DNA from: an uncultured Acidobacteriota bacterium
Lineage (GTDB): Bacteria; Acidobacteriota; Blastocatellia; RBC074
Length of the DNA: 64,000 nucleotides
Assembly (NCBI GenBank): GCA_963796275.1
Contig: CAWCKY010000003.1
Span: 1,184,001 to 1,248,000, forward strand
Direction: 5' to 3'
This document shows, piece after piece, positions 53,161 through 64,000 of the stretch; position 1 is the first letter of the stretch, and each line of letters opens with the position of its first letter. A model generated the notes under the pieces. It saw nothing but the letters and a program-made list of their open reading frames with translations, ran no database searches and was not told where the DNA came from. A program made the translations under genes and the position numbers.

Positions 53161-55395
53161 TTATTCGTATAAACTTTGTGCGCGTTTCAATCTGCCCGTC
53201 AGACTGGCGACGCTGACGACCAGCTCATCGGGCTCGACCGGTTTAGTCAGGTGCAACTGAAAACCGGCGGCGAGCACGCGTATGCGGTCTTCGGCGCCCG
53301 CATTTGCGGTCAAAGCTATGATCGGCATTCTGCCGTCGCCATCGGGTTCGAGTTCGCGGATACGGCGTATCAATTCAAAGCCATCGCCGTTGGGCATTGC
53401 GATGTCTGTGATCACGATCTCTGGCTGCCATGTGATCAGCGCGTTTATCGCCTCGGTGACGTTGCCCGAGGTTTGGACATCTGCATCACTCAAATTAAGA
53501 ATAGTGGCCAGCAGTTCGCGGGCGTCGGATTGATCATCGACGACCAGCACACGGAGACCCGTTAGTTTCGGCGCCCGGTCCGACAGAACGATTTTCTGAT
53601 CAAGAGTTGATATCTCCATGCCGCGTAGTGTGGAGATGGGGGCAGCCAGTGGAAGTATGACGGTGAAAGCCGCGCCCTGGCCGACGCCCGCGCTTTCGGC
53701 TTTCGCCGCGCCGCCGTGCATTTCGACAAGGTGTCGCACAATCGCCAGACCCAAACCCAAACCTCCATGCTTCCTGGTGCTGCTGCCATCCGCCTGCCGG
53801 AAGCGTTCGAAGACGTAAGGGAGGAACTCGCGGGCAATGCCCATGCCGGTGTCACTGACTATGATCTCAATGTGCTCATTGAGGCGTCGCAGGCGGACCT
53901 TAACGCTTCCTCCCATCGGCGTGAACTTCACGGCATTGGAGAGCAAATTCCAGATCACCTGCTGGATCCGATTCGGGTCGCCCTGGAATGGGCACGTGGT
54001 CGGGTCCACTTCGACTTGCAGTTGTACTCCCTTCGCATCTGCCGCGGGCCGCGCCGATTCGACGGCCGATTGGATGATGGAGACGAGGTCGGCCACCCGG
54101 ATATCGAGGCGGAGTTTGCCGGTGATGATGCGCGAGACGTCGAGCAGATCATCGATCAATTTCTTCTGGGCGCGCGCGCTCCGTTCGATGGTTTCTAGCG
54201 CCTGTTCCTCTTTATCATCGACGAGCTTGCCGTTTCTGATGAGCGTGGTCCATCCGAGTATCGCATTGAGGGGGGCACGCAACTCGTGCGAAACGGTTGC
54301 GAGGAATTCATCCTTCAAACGATTGGCCGTTTCCGATTCCTTGCGCGCCGCCTGCTCGCGCACGAGCAGCTCGCCGCGTTCCTTCTCGGCCTGTTTCCGT
54401 TCGACGATCTCCTGTTCAAGCGCCCCGGCGTGGTGTTGTAGTTCAGCGTAAAGCCGCGCATTCTCATAAAAAACCATCGCTTGAGCCAGTGTGGCAGCAA
54501 AGTGTTCATCCGCTTCGCTGAACTCCTCGCCGGAAAGCTTGTCGGCGAGATAAAGCCACCCGCGCACGCGATCGTGCTGTATTAGTGTGGCGCCGAGGAA
54601 CGATCTGACCGGCGGTTGGTCAGGTAGAAGGCGGATAAATTGTCGCACCTCATCGGGCGGTGAGAGGCGGACCGACCGTTTCGCCTCGAAATGTTCGCCT
54701 AGCATCCTCTGGCACACTTTCGGCAAGCCTGAATTGATGGCAGTCTCGCGATCGATTCCGCCGGTGAAGAAATGGCGCACCGACACGCCGTCTTCCTCCA
54801 ACACTCCCAGCGTCGCATAGCGTGCCCACAGGATGTCGCGCGCCTCATCGCACAAGGTTGCCAGTACCTGTTCGGGATCGCGCTCGGCAGCCAGTTGCTG
54901 GCTGAGGTCTATCAATCGCAAAAGCCGCTGGATATTAGCATTCTCGAGCTCGATGTTTTTTTGGCGGAGCAGCTCTGCTTGTCGTTTTACTTGCTCGGTT
55001 TTTTTGAAAAGTTCGACGAAAACCGCGACCTTCGATTTCAATGCCTCGGGTTCTATCGGCTTGATGATGTAATCGACGGCGCCCAGCTTGTACCCCTGCG
55101 AGTGCTGGGTGCGGCCCGCGCTGTCGTGCGCGGTCAGAAAAATTATGGGAAGATCGCGCGTACGCTCGCGCCCGCGAATGAGGGCTGCCGTCTCCAGTCC
55201 GTCAATGATCGGCATCTGCACGTCGAGCAGGATGACCGCAGCTTCGCGGTCGAGCAGGAATCGTAATGCCTCCTCACCAGAAGAAGCCCGGACTAGGTTT
55301 CGGTCCGGCGCTTCCAGGATGGTCTCCAACGACAATAGATTGCTCGGATTGTCGTCGACCATCAGGATATTGATCTTCTGATTCCCATTTTCCAT
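53161..55395 (-). CDS. Hybrid histidine kinase REC-GAF-HisKA-HATPase-REC
   Basis: VILLDVQMP, FLATVSHELRAPL, NLLSNAVKFT, GGLGLGL and a C-terminal receiver (TDIAMP). Confidence 0.93.
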   Translation of the reverse strand: MENGNQKINILMVDDNPSNLLSLETILEAPDRNLVRASSGEEALRFLLDREAAVILLDVQMPIIDGLETAALIRGRERTRDLPIIFLTAHDSAGRTQHSQGYKLGAVDYIIKPIEPEALKSKVAVFVELFKKTEQVKRQAELLRQKNIELENANIQRLLRLIDLSQQLAAERDPEQVLATLCDEARDILWARYATLGVLEEDGVSVRHFFTGGIDRETAINSGLPKVCQRMLGEHFEAKRSVRLSPPDEVRQFIRLLPDQPPVRSFLGATLIQHDRVRGWLYLADKLSGEEFSEADEHFAATLAQAMVFYENARLYAELQHHAGALEQEIVERKQAEKERGELLVREQAARKESETANRLKDEFLATVSHELRAPLNAILGWTTLIRNGKLVDDKEEQALETIERSARAQKKLIDDLLDVSRIITGKLRLDIRVADLVSIIQSAVESARPAADAKGVQLQVEVDPTTCPFQGDPNRIQQVIWNLLSNAVKFTPMGGSVKVRLRRLNEHIEIIVSDTGMGIAREFLPYVFERFRQADGSSTRKHGGLGLGLAIVRHLVEMHGGAAKAESAGVGQGAAFTVILPLAAPISTLRGMEISTLDQKIVLSDRAPKLTGLRVLVVDDQSDARELLATILNLSDADVQTSGNVTEAINALITWQPEIVITDIAMPNGDGFELIRRIRELEPDGDGRMPIIALTANAGAEDRIRVLAAGFQLHLTKPVEPDELVVSVASLTGRLKRAQSLYE

Positions 55396-55542
55396 GAGTA
55401 TTTATCGAAACAAAAATTGCAAAATGTGGCAAAAGGGCAAGCGAATTTGCCTCTTCATCCATCCTACTTAACTACCTATTTCCTACTATTCCCCTAAAAA
55501 ATACAATTCTGCGAATTCTGCTCTTACGCCTTTCCCAATCTT

Positions 55543-58500
55543 TCATGCGCCTACCGCCTTTCGACCGTAGAGCCGGACCCGGAGCATCGAGAGAAGTTGA
55601 TCCATGTCGAGAGGCTTGGCGATGTAATCGGAAGCTCCTGCATCGATACATTTGTCGCGGTCCGCTTTCATCGCTTTGGCCGTGAGTGCGATTATGGGTA
55701 GCTGATTGAACCGTTCTATCTGCCGGATGGCCTGCATAGTTTCGTACCCGTCCATCTCCGGCATCATAATGTCCATCAATACCACGTCGGTATCCGGGTT
55801 TTGCGTAAGCAGGTCTATTCCTTCGCGCCCGTTCTCGGCGCGCAGGACGAGCATCTTGTACGACTCGAGCGCGCTGGTGAGCGCAAAGATATTGCGCACG
55901 TCATCATCAACGATCAGCACCTTCTTGCCTTCGAGTATCGGGTCTCGGCGGAGCAGCTGTTCGAGCATACGCCGTTGCTTTTCCGGCAGATTGCTTTCTA
56001 CGCGATGTAGGAAGAGCGACGTCTCCGCCAGCAGCCGTTCCGGTGAATTGGCCTCCTTAACGACGATAGCATCGGCGACCATCCGCAACCGGGCATCATC
56101 TTTCTCGGTCAGGTCTTTGCCGGTATATACGATGATCGGCAGATCGAGAAGACCGAGGTCTTTCTGAATCCGCTCGATCAGCTCGAAACCATCCATTTCC
56201 GGCAGCCTCAGGTCGAGCACCATGCAATCGAAGATATTTTCTTGCAGTTTTACCAGCGCCTCTTCGCCAGTCGCCACAGCCGTGGTAAGCACGTCATCCT
56301 TGCCGATCAGCTCGACGATGGCCATCCTCTGTACGTCATCATCCTCGACTACCAGTAATTGCTTTATTTTTCTCTGGGCGAATGCGGCGATCTTTTCAAA
56401 CGACTCGTTGAGCTGTTCGCGCGTCACCGGTTTGCGCAAGTGTGTAAACGCGCCGAGTTTGCGCGGCTGATAATCGCGATCGTCAGCTGTGATGACGTGG
56501 ATCGGGATGTGCCGGGTCTTCGGATCACGTTTCAAGCGATCAAAGATCGTCCAGCCGTCGCGGTCCGGCAGCCTGATATCGAGCGTGATCGCATCGGGTT
56601 TGTATTTGTGAGCTAGAGCCAAGGCAGAATCGCCCTCTGCCGAGACGATACCCTTGAATCCGTTTTCGTGTGCGGTATCGATTAATATCTGCGCGAACAG
56701 CGAGTCGTCCTCAATGATAAGGACGACGAGATCGCCGGGGGAAATCCCTTGGCGGTCATCGGCGACCTCGATCACTACTTCGTATTCGCTGGGAGTCAAT
56801 GTGGATAAGAATTCCACCTCTCCTCTTCGCGGATCGTGTTCGCTTGCTACGGGCCTGCCTCTTTCAGGCACCGAGGTTTTGAGGGTGCGCGGCAGATAGA
56901 GTGTGAAAGTACTGCCCTTGCCCGGCGCGCTGACGACGCGGATTTCGCCGCCGAGGAGCCGCGCGATCTCGCGGCTAATGGAGAGACCAAGCCCAGTCCC
57001 GCCATACTTCCGGCTCGTCGTCCCGTCCGCCTGCTGGAACGCTTCAAAGATGATCCGCTGTTTTTCCACAGGTATGCCGATGCCCGTGTCGGTCACGGAG
57101 AAGGCGATCACCGTATCGGCGTTGTTGAGCGAATCGAGTGCGAATGTGTTGCGCGGGTCGGCTACTCTGATTCCCAGGCTGACCCTGCCTCTCTCGGTGA
57201 ACTTGAATGCGTTCGATAGCAGGTTTTTGAGAATCTGAAGCAGGCGCTTGTTATCAGTGAAGATCATGGACGGCAAGTTCGGCGATCTTTCTATGTGGAA
57301 CTCGAGACCCTTATCGGCGCCCATCTGATGGAAACTACGATTGAGCAGGTCGCTGATCTCATCGAATTGCACCTGGGCGAGCTCGATCGCCATCATCCCC
57401 GACTCGATCTTGGATAGATCGAGGATGTCATTGATCAGCGAGAGCAGGTCGTTTCCGGAAGAGTAGACCGTTTCAGCGAACTGCACTTGTTTAGGGGTCA
57501 GGTTGGTGTCGTGGTTTTCGGCCAGTTGTCGCGAGAGAATGAGCATGGAGTTGAGCGGCGTGCGCAACTCGTGCGACATGTTGGCGAGGAACTCCGATTT
57601 GTATTTTGAAGTTAGCGCTAGCTGTTCGGCTTTCTCGCGCATCGCTTCGCGCGCTTCCTCGACTTCACCCTTCTTGGCCTCCACCTCCGCCTTCTGCTGC
57701 GCCAGCAGCTCGGCCTTCTCCTGCAGCTCCTCGTTGGTCTTGCGGAGTTCCTCCTGCTGCGACCGCAGCCGCTCTTCCGACTCGCGCAGCGTCAGCGCCT
57801 GTTGTTCGAGCCGCTCGTTTGTCTTCTTCAATTCATCCTGTTGGCTCTGCAATTCGGTGGCAAGCTGCTGCGACTGGATCAGCAAGCGTTCCGTGCGCGT
57901 ATTGGCCTCGATAGTGTTGAGCACGATGCCGATGCTGTCAGTCAATTGATCGAGAAAAGTGAGGTGGATTTCACTGAAGCGGTTGAACGATGCCAGCTCG
58001 ATCACCGCCCTGACCCGGTCTTCGAAAAGCGCCGGCATGACGATGATGTTGAGCGGTGTTCCATCGCCGAGGCCGGACCTGATGACGAGATAATCGTCGG
58101 GAACGTTGGTCAACAGGATGCGCTTCTTCTCGGCCATGCACTGTCCGACCAAACCCCTTCCGGCCCTGAATTCGGTGGGCAGGTTATCTCGTTCGGCGTA
58201 GGCGTAACTGCTCAGCAGTTTCATCACCGCTTCGCCGTCATCTTTTCGCTGATTGACATAAAAGATGCCCTGTTGCGCTTCGACCAGCGGCGCAAGCTCA
58301 GAGAGGATCATATTCGCCACAGTCGCCATATCGCGCTGTCCTTGAAGCATGCTGTTGAACCGGGCGAGGTTGGATTTGAGCCAATCCTGCTCCTTGTTCT
58401 TCTGCGTCGTGTCTCTCAGGTTGCGGATCATCTTGTTGATATTGTCCTTGAGCGCCGCCACCTCTCCCTGCGCTTCGACGCTGATCGAGCGCGTCAGGTC

Positions 58501-60660
58501 GCCCTGCGTCACCGCCGTCGATACTTCGCCGATTGCACGAACCTGCGTCGTCAGGTTCGCGGCTAGCTGGTTTACGTTGTCCGTCAAATCGCGCCACGTG
58601 CCAGAAGCTCCGGGCACGTTCGCCTGACCTCCCAGCTTACCCTCGAATCCCACCTCGCGCGCCATCGTGGTCACCTGGTCGGAGAAGGTGGCCAGGGTGT
58701 CGATCATCGCATTGATGGTATTGGCGAGTTCGGCGATCTCGCCCTTCGATTCGATGGCCAGTTTGCGTTTCAAATCGCCGTTGGCCACCGAAGTGACTAC
58801 CTGCACGATGCCGCGCACCTGATTGGTCAGGTTGCCTGCCATGAAGTTGACGCTGTCGGTCAGGTCCTTCCACGTCCCGGCGACGCCCGGCACCTGCGCC
58901 TGTCCCCCGAGCTTGCCCTCGGTGCCGACCTCGCGTGCGACGCGTGTTACCTCAGATGCGAAGGAGTTGAGCTGATCGACCATGACGTTGATCGTGTTCT
59001 TAAGCTCGAGGATTTCACCTTTGACGTCGACCGTGATCTTCTTGGAGAGGTCGCCCTTCGCCACCGCTGTAGTTACTTCGGCTATGTTGCGCACCTGGCT
59101 CGTCAGGTTGCCGGCCATGAAATTCACGCTGTCGGTCAGGTCTTTCCACGTTCCGCCGACACCTCGCACATATGCCTGCCCGCCGAGCTTGCCCTCGGTG
59201 CCGACCTCGCGCGCGACGCGCGTCACCTCAGATGCGAACGAGTTGAGCTGATCGACCATCCGGTTGATCGCTTCCTTGATCTGAAGGATTTCGCCACGTA
59301 CATCTACCGTGATCTTCTGCGTCAGGTCGCCGTTGGCGATGGCGGATCCGACCTTCGACACGTCGCGGAACTGTACAGTCAGGTTGTCCGCCATGGAATT
59401 GACGCTGTCGGTCAGGTCCTTCCACGTCCCGGCGATGCCGGCTACCTGCGCCTGTCCGCCGAGCTTGCCCTCCGTACCGACTTCGCGTGCGACGCGCGTC
59501 ACCTCAGAGGCGAACGAATTGAGCTGATCGACCATGCGGTTGATCGTGTCCTTCAACTCGCGGATTTCACCCTTCACATCGACGGTGATCTTTTTGGAGA
59601 GGTTGCCGTTCGCCACGGCCGTTGTAACGTCTGCGATGTTGCGGACCTGGGCGGTCAGGTTGCTGGCCATGAAATTAACGTTATCGGTCAGGTCCTTCCA
59701 CGTTCCGGCGACGCCCGGCACCTGCGCCTGTCCGCCGAGCTTGCCCTCGGTGCCGACCTCGCGTGCGACGCGCGTCACCTCAGATGCGAACGAGTTGAGC
59801 TGATCGACCATGACGTTGATCGTATTCTTGAGCTCGAGGATCTCACCTTTGACGTCGACCGTGATCTTTTTGGAGAGGTCGCCCTTCGCCACCGCTGTAG
59901 TCACTTCGGCGATGTTGCGCACCTGCGCGGTGAGGTTGCTGGCCATGAAGTTGACGTTATCGGTCAGGTCTTTCCACGTCCCGGCTACACCCTTGACCTT
60001 CGCCTCTCCGCCGAGTTTGCCTTCCGATCCGACTTCGCGCGCGACGCGCGTCACCTCAGAGGCAAAGGACCCGAGCTGCGCCACCATTCCATTGACCAGT
60101 CTCACAACCTTGGAGAACTCACCGCGCAGCGGGCGGCCGTCGACCTCGAGCGCCATCGTCTGCGAGAGGTCTCCATTGGCGACCGCGCCGATAACGCGCG
60201 ACATTTCATTGGTCGGTTGCGCAAGGTCGTCGATCAAGGTATTGACCGATTCGATCAGGCTCACCCAAGAACCGTCCGCGACCGGCGGTGCGGCCCGGTT
60301 CGTGATCTTACCTTCCTTTCCCACTACGCGACTCACTCTCTCTAACTCTTTAGCGAGCCGCTCGTTCGTCTCTATCACCTCGTTCAGGGTGTCCGCTATC
60401 TTTCCGGATATGCCCGTCAGATCATGCGGCAGACGCGTGGAAAAATTTCCTTTTTTGAATGCTGTAAGCGTTTTTAAAAGAAGTTTGGCGCTGAGAAGGG
60501 ATGGCTCGATACCGGACAGCTCTCCTGTATCCCTACCATTTTCTTTATTTGTCAGCTTAGCTCTGGATCCATTTCCAGCCGCTTCTCTTCTTCTCGCTTT
60601 TGATTCGTTTGACCCTTTGCCCCTCTTGGATTTGGGAGTATTTGTGCGTTCTGAAGGCAT
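55543..60660 (-). CDS. Poly-HAMP hybrid histidine kinase (group III/Nik1-like): HAMP repeats-GAF-HisKA-HATPase-3xREC
   Basis: Six clear plus one degenerate 92-aa repeat ([19 protein letters not shown]...GTWKDLTD), [14 protein letters not shown]-boxes and three receiver domains. No TM segments. Confidence 0.95.
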   Translation of the reverse strand: MPSERTNTPKSKRGKGSNESKARRREAAGNGSRAKLTNKENGRDTGELSGIEPSLLSAKLLLKTLTAFKKGNFSTRLPHDLTGISGKIADTLNEVIETNERLAKELERVSRVVGKEGKITNRAAPPVADGSWVSLIESVNTLIDDLAQPTNEMSRVIGAVANGDLSQTMALEVDGRPLRGEFSKVVRLVNGMVAQLGSFASEVTRVAREVGSEGKLGGEAKVKGVAGTWKDLTDNVNFMASNLTAQVRNIAEVTTAVAKGDLSKKITVDVKGEILELKNTINVMVDQLNSFASEVTRVAREVGTEGKLGGQAQVPGVAGTWKDLTDNVNFMASNLTAQVRNIADVTTAVANGNLSKKITVDVKGEIRELKDTINRMVDQLNSFASEVTRVAREVGTEGKLGGQAQVAGIAGTWKDLTDSVNSMADNLTVQFRDVSKVGSAIANGDLTQKITVDVRGEILQIKEAINRMVDQLNSFASEVTRVAREVGTEGKLGGQAYVRGVGGTWKDLTDSVNFMAGNLTSQVRNIAEVTTAVAKGDLSKKITVDVKGEILELKNTINVMVDQLNSFASEVTRVAREVGTEGKLGGQAQVPGVAGTWKDLTDSVNFMAGNLTNQVRGIVQVVTSVANGDLKRKLAIESKGEIAELANTINAMIDTLATFSDQVTTMAREVGFEGKLGGQANVPGASGTWRDLTDNVNQLAANLTTQVRAIGEVSTAVTQGDLTRSISVEAQGEVAALKDNINKMIRNLRDTTQKNKEQDWLKSNLARFNSMLQGQRDMATVANMILSELAPLVEAQQGIFYVNQRKDDGEAVMKLLSSYAYAERDNLPTEFRAGRGLVGQCMAEKKRILLTNVPDDYLVIRSGLGDGTPLNIIVMPALFEDRVRAVIELASFNRFSEIHLTFLDQLTDSIGIVLNTIEANTRTERLLIQSQQLATELQSQQDELKKTNERLEQQALTLRESEERLRSQQEELRKTNEELQEKAELLAQQKAEVEAKKGEVEEAREAMREKAEQLALTSKYKSEFLANMSHELRTPLNSMLILSRQLAENHDTNLTPKQVQFAETVYSSGNDLLSLINDILDLSKIESGMMAIELAQVQFDEISDLLNRSFHQMGADKGLEFHIERSPNLPSMIFTDNKRLLQILKNLLSNAFKFTERGRVSLGIRVADPRNTFALDSLNNADTVIAFSVTDTGIGIPVEKQRIIFEAFQQADGTTSRKYGGTGLGLSISREIARLLGGEIRVVSAPGKGSTFTLYLPRTLKTSVPERGRPVASEHDPRRGEVEFLSTLTPSEYEVVIEVADDRQGISPGDLVVLIIEDDSLFAQILIDTAHENGFKGIVSAEGDSALALAHKYKPDAITLDIRLPDRDGWTIFDRLKRDPKTRHIPIHVITADDRDYQPRKLGAFTHLRKPVTREQLNESFEKIAAFAQRKIKQLLVVEDDDVQRMAIVELIGKDDVLTTAVATGEEALVKLQENIFDCMVLDLRLPEMDGFELIERIQKDLGLLDLPIIVYTGKDLTEKDDARLRMVADAIVVKEANSPERLLAETSLFLHRVESNLPEKQRRMLEQLLRRDPILEGKKVLIVDDDVRNIFALTSALESYKMLVLRAENGREGIDLLTQNPDTDVVLMDIMMPEMDGYETMQAIRQIERFNQLPIIALTAKAMKADRDKCIDAGASDYIAKPLDMDQLLSMLRVRLYGRKAVGA
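58500..60350 (-). repeat. 276-bp intragenic tandem repeats encoding poly-HAMP units (boundaries approximate)
   Basis: GCGACGCG(C/T)GT(C/T)ACCTCAGA recurs at a 276-nt period (~58937, 59213, 59489, 59765, 60041). Confidence 0.9.
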
Positions 60661-60947
60661 GGTCCCTCGCAATTGTTATTTATCGTTTTCCTCGGTTAAT
60701 TACCTAAAGAAATCACCTGGCTTTGGTTGGTCTTCTTTTTCTTGTGATCAGTCGTGAAACACTGCATATGTTATATAATGGTACAACTCGTTCTCTTATA
60801 TTACATTAACGCAGCTTGGTACCCCTAAAGATAATTTTAGGCAAGAAACAAGCCAGGAAAACTCCTCGCCAGGAAATTAGATTAATGATAGGGCATTGAG
60901 ACAATTTAGTCCAATTGCCCATAGAAATCATGTGATAACCTGAATGA

Positions 60948-62834
60948 ATGAATATCGGCGCCACCGTTTTGCGTAAAGGAGGCGGCGTCCAGTTTCGTGT
61001 ATGGGCGCCGCGTCGAAGTCACGTCGAGGTGGTAATTAAGAATGAAAATTTTACCGGATATGAGCTTCAAAGCGAAGCTGGGGGATATTATTCGGGCAAA
61101 GTTGACGAGGCGGTTGACGGGACGCTCTATTGGATTCGACTGGACAAGGGTGAGAGGCTCCTTCCCGATCCCGCATCTCGGTGTCAGCCTGAAGGGCCGC
61201 ACGGCCCATCACGGGTGGTCGATCCCAATCTTTTTCAATGGACAGATGATGAATGGCGTGGGGTGCAGCTCGATGGCCAAATCATCTACGAATTGCACAT
61301 CGGCACATTCACGCGCAAGGGGACGTGGGAGGCAGCGAAACGGGAGCTCGATGAATTGGCCGGCCTCGGCATCACCGTTATAGAAGTGATGCCGGTTGCC
61401 GATTTTCCGGGGCGCTTCGGTTGGGGCTATGACGGAGTTAATCTGTTCGCCCCGACGCGGCTCTATGGGGAACCGGACGGCTTCAGAAGTTTTGTAGACC
61501 GGGCACACGCTCTTGGAGTTGCCATCATCCTCGACGTCGTCTACAACCATCTCGGCCCTGACGGCAATTACCTGAAAGAATTCTCAGAAGATTATTTCTC
61601 GAAGCGCCACCGGACCGATTGGGGCGAAGCGATCAACTTCGATGGCGAGAACAGCCAGCCCGTCCGCGATTATTTCCTCGCCAATGCGGCGTACTGGATC
61701 GAAGAGTTTCATTTGGACGGGTTGCGTCTGGATGCAACCCACAGTATTTACGACGATTCGGAGGACCATATTCTAGCGGCCGTCACGCGTCGCGTGCGCG
61801 AAGCTGCTCGAGCCAGAGCCACTATCGTGGTGGCCGAGGACGACTCGCAGCGGGTCCGGCTGGCCCAGCCCCTCGAACGCGGCGGATTGGGAATTGACGG
61901 CTTGTGGAATGATGATTTTCATCACAGCGCGAGGGTTGCGATGACCGGACGTAATGAAGCTTACCTGAGCGGATATCGAGGCAGACCGCAGGAAATCATT
62001 TCAGCGATCAAATATGGTTACCTATATCAGGGGCAATGGAATAATTGGAAAAATGACCGGCGGGGAACTTCAGATTTTACGCTTCCGCGATCAAGCTTCG
62101 TCATCTTCATTCAAAATCACGATCAGATCGCGAATGCCAGCCGCGGAGAGAGATGCCACATACTGACGAGTCCGGGACGATATCGTGCGATGACCGCTTT
62201 ACTCCTGCTTGCGCCATCCACGCCGATGCTCTTCCAGGGGCAGGAGTTCGCCTCATCGAGCCCTTTCAATTTCTTCGCCGATTTCGAGGGCGAGCTGAAG
62301 CGGCTGGTCAGGGAAGGCCGTTTCCGAACGCTCGGGGAATTTCGCAGTCTGGCGACGGCCGAAGCACAGGCTGCGCTGATCGACCCCGGCGACCCTGAAA
62401 CATTCAACCGTTGCAAGCTCGATTTCAATGAACGCCGGCGCCACTCCGAGGTCTATCTCATGCATCGAGACCTGATCGAGCTGCGAAGAGAGTTCTTTCA
62501 GAACCGGGGCATGAATGGAGTCGATGGCGCTGTACTGAGCGACGAGGCCTTCGTCCTCCGCTTTTTCGGAAAAGACTGGGGAGACGATCGCTTGTTGCTC
62601 GTCAATATGGGAATCGATCTCGTTTTACATCCTGCGCCTGAGCCGCTGCTTGCGCCGCCAACGGAATATCAATGGGAACTGAGATGGTCGAGCGAAGACC
62701 CGCGTTACGGAGGGACGGGCACGGCGCAGATTGAGACGAAAGAGGGCTGGTTCATACCTGGCCATGCCGCGGTGGTGATGATCGGGGGCGGCAGGGAGAA
62801 GACGAAACGAATGAAAATAGACGTACGGATATAA
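60948..62834 (+). CDS. treZ: Malto-oligosyltrehalose trehalohydrolase (GH13)
   Basis: FRVWAP, PDPASRCQPEGPHG, YELHIGTFT, WGYDG, DVVYNH, GLRLDATH, WNDDFHH and QNHDQ. Confidence 0.92.
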   Translation: MNIGATVLRKGGGVQFRVWAPRRSHVEVVIKNENFTGYELQSEAGGYYSGKVDEAVDGTLYWIRLDKGERLLPDPASRCQPEGPHGPSRVVDPNLFQWTDDEWRGVQLDGQIIYELHIGTFTRKGTWEAAKRELDELAGLGITVIEVMPVADFPGRFGWGYDGVNLFAPTRLYGEPDGFRSFVDRAHALGVAIILDVVYNHLGPDGNYLKEFSEDYFSKRHRTDWGEAINFDGENSQPVRDYFLANAAYWIEEFHLDGLRLDATHSIYDDSEDHILAAVTRRVREAARARATIVVAEDDSQRVRLAQPLERGGLGIDGLWNDDFHHSARVAMTGRNEAYLSGYRGRPQEIISAIKYGYLYQGQWNNWKNDRRGTSDFTLPRSSFVIFIQNHDQIANASRGERCHILTSPGRYRAMTALLLLAPSTPMLFQGQEFASSSPFNFFADFEGELKRLVREGRFRTLGEFRSLATAEAQAALIDPGDPETFNRCKLDFNERRRHSEVYLMHRDLIELRREFFQNRGMNGVDGAVLSDEAFVLRFFGKDWGDDRLLLVNMGIDLVLHPAPEPLLAPPTEYQWELRWSSEDPRYGGTGTAQIETKEGWFIPGHAAVVMIGGGREKTKRMKIDVRI

Positions 62835-62916
62835 GAAGTTTGTCTGTTTCGTTATTTTTCTTTGTTTTATATTTCTTTCTTATCATCTGGTTGAAAGCCA
62901 TCCGCGATTTTCTGGA

Positions 62917-64000
62917 CTAACCGGATTTCAACATAAACCAATAAAATCCATACTCATTAAGCGCCATTTGATAGGGATGCGCGGTGATTCGCGGAAACTC
63001 CACCTGATATTGCAGGTCGATGGGAATCATTCCCTGATAACCGCTGAGATCGAGCTGCACCGGCTGCGATGAACGCGCCAGGTTGTAGATACAAAGAACC
63101 GTTTCGTCCTCATAGCTGCGGGTAAATGCGAAGATACTGCGGTTTTCCGGTTTGATGAACGAGATAGTGCCCCGGCCGAAGACCCGATGTTTTTTGCGCA
63201 AATTGATCATTTGCCGCATCCAGTGAAGCAGCGATGTCGAATGTCGCTGCTGGGCCTCGACGTTGACCGCCTGGTAGCCGTATACCGGATCCATAATTAT
63301 CGGAAAATACAATTGCGCAAAGTCGGCGCGCGAGAATCCGCTGTTGCGGTCTGCCGACCACTGCATAGGCGTCCGCACACCGTCGCGGTCGCCCAGATAG
63401 ATATTGTCCCCCATCCCGATCTCATCGCCGTAGTATAAAAAAGGGCTTCCGGGCAGGCTGAAGAGCAGGGCATTGAGCAGTTCGATGCGGCGGCGGCCGT
63501 TATCGAGCAACGGCGCAAGACGGCGGCGAATACCCATATTGACCCGCATCCGCCGGTCATTCGCATATTCCTGGTAGAGATAATCGCGCTCTTCATCCGT
63601 GACCATTTCCAGCGTCAGTTCATCGTGATTTCGGAGGAACATCCCCCACTGTGCCGTCAGAGGAGTGAGGGGAGTTCTTTCGAGTATTTCGACTATCGGT
63701 AACCTGTTCTCCTGCCTGAGCGCGATGAACAATCGCGGCATGATCGGAAAGTGATAACACATCTGACATTCGTCGCCATCGCCGAAATAGGCGACTACAT
63801 CCTCGGGCCATTGATTGGCTTCAGCCAGCAGGAGGCGGTCCGAATAATGGGAGTCGATATGAGCGCGCAGTCGTTTGATGAAAGCGTGCGTCTCCGGCAG
63901 GTTCTCGCAATTTGTGCCCTCGCGTTCGAAGAGATAGGGCACTGCATCGAGGCGGAAGCCGTCGATGCCCATCTCGAGCCAGAACGTGACGACGTCGATG
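62917..64000 (-). CDS. treS: Trehalose synthase (maltose alpha-D-glucosyltransferase), 5' part outside the window; no maltokinase fusion
   Basis: DGFRLDAVPYL, EANQWPED, FLRNHDELTLEMV, GIRRRLAPL and RTPMQW. Confidence 0.95.
   Translation of the reverse strand, partial: IDVVTFWLEMGIDGFRLDAVPYLFEREGTNCENLPETHAFIKRLRAHIDSHYSDRLLLAEANQWPEDVVAYFGDGDECQMCYHFPIMPRLFIALRQENRLPIVEILERTPLTPLTAQWGMFLRNHDELTLEMVTDEERDYLYQEYANDRRMRVNMGIRRRLAPLLDNGRRRIELLNALLFSLPGSPFLYYGDEIGMGDNIYLGDRDGVRTPMQWSADRNSGFSRADFAQLYFPIIMDPVYGYQAVNVEAQQRHSTSLLHWMRQMINLRKKHRVFGRGTISFIKPENRSIFAFTRSYEDETVLCIYNLARSSQPVQLDLSGYQGMIPIDLQYQVEFPRITAHPYQMALNEYGFYWFMLKSG

Noticed and set aside
58500-60350. 276-bp tandem repeats as a mobile or non-coding array
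   Set aside because: Fully explained by poly-HAMP domains of the kinase.

Overview
64 kb of a bacterial chromosome whose gene content (Oar-type TonB receptor without SusD, TIGR03437-like domain, DUF1592/DUF1552 pair) suggests Acidobacteria; this is an inference. From left to right it holds an oxidoreductase, a PIG-L deacetylase, cls with an EEP-family gene and glmU-glmS. Next come a glucuronoxylan-utilisation locus (ROK regulator, TonB receptor, GH67, glucarate-dehydratase-like enolase, GH3, GH10), yvcK, a small orphan and a large secreted repeat protein. These are followed by an S9 peptidase, a radical SAM plus GT-C-like pair, two secreted hypotheticals, DUF1592/DUF1552/intradiol dioxygenase and an esterase-lactonase/SASA/GH106 cluster. 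The right end holds a MatB-like ligase, an OmpA protein, a HAD-ATPase fusion, two hybrid histidine kinases, treZ and treS. No rRNA, tRNA, CRISPR array or transposase was recognised. Five genes are split by single-base frameshifts, four of them at or next to GATC, which points to modification-linked sequencing error. The most notable observations are (i) a family of short-period palindromic elements that apparently supply a signal peptide, a stop codon and ribosome-binding sites to neighbouring genes, and (ii) a GudD-like enolase inside the xylan locus that may eliminate methanol from 4-O-methylglucarate.
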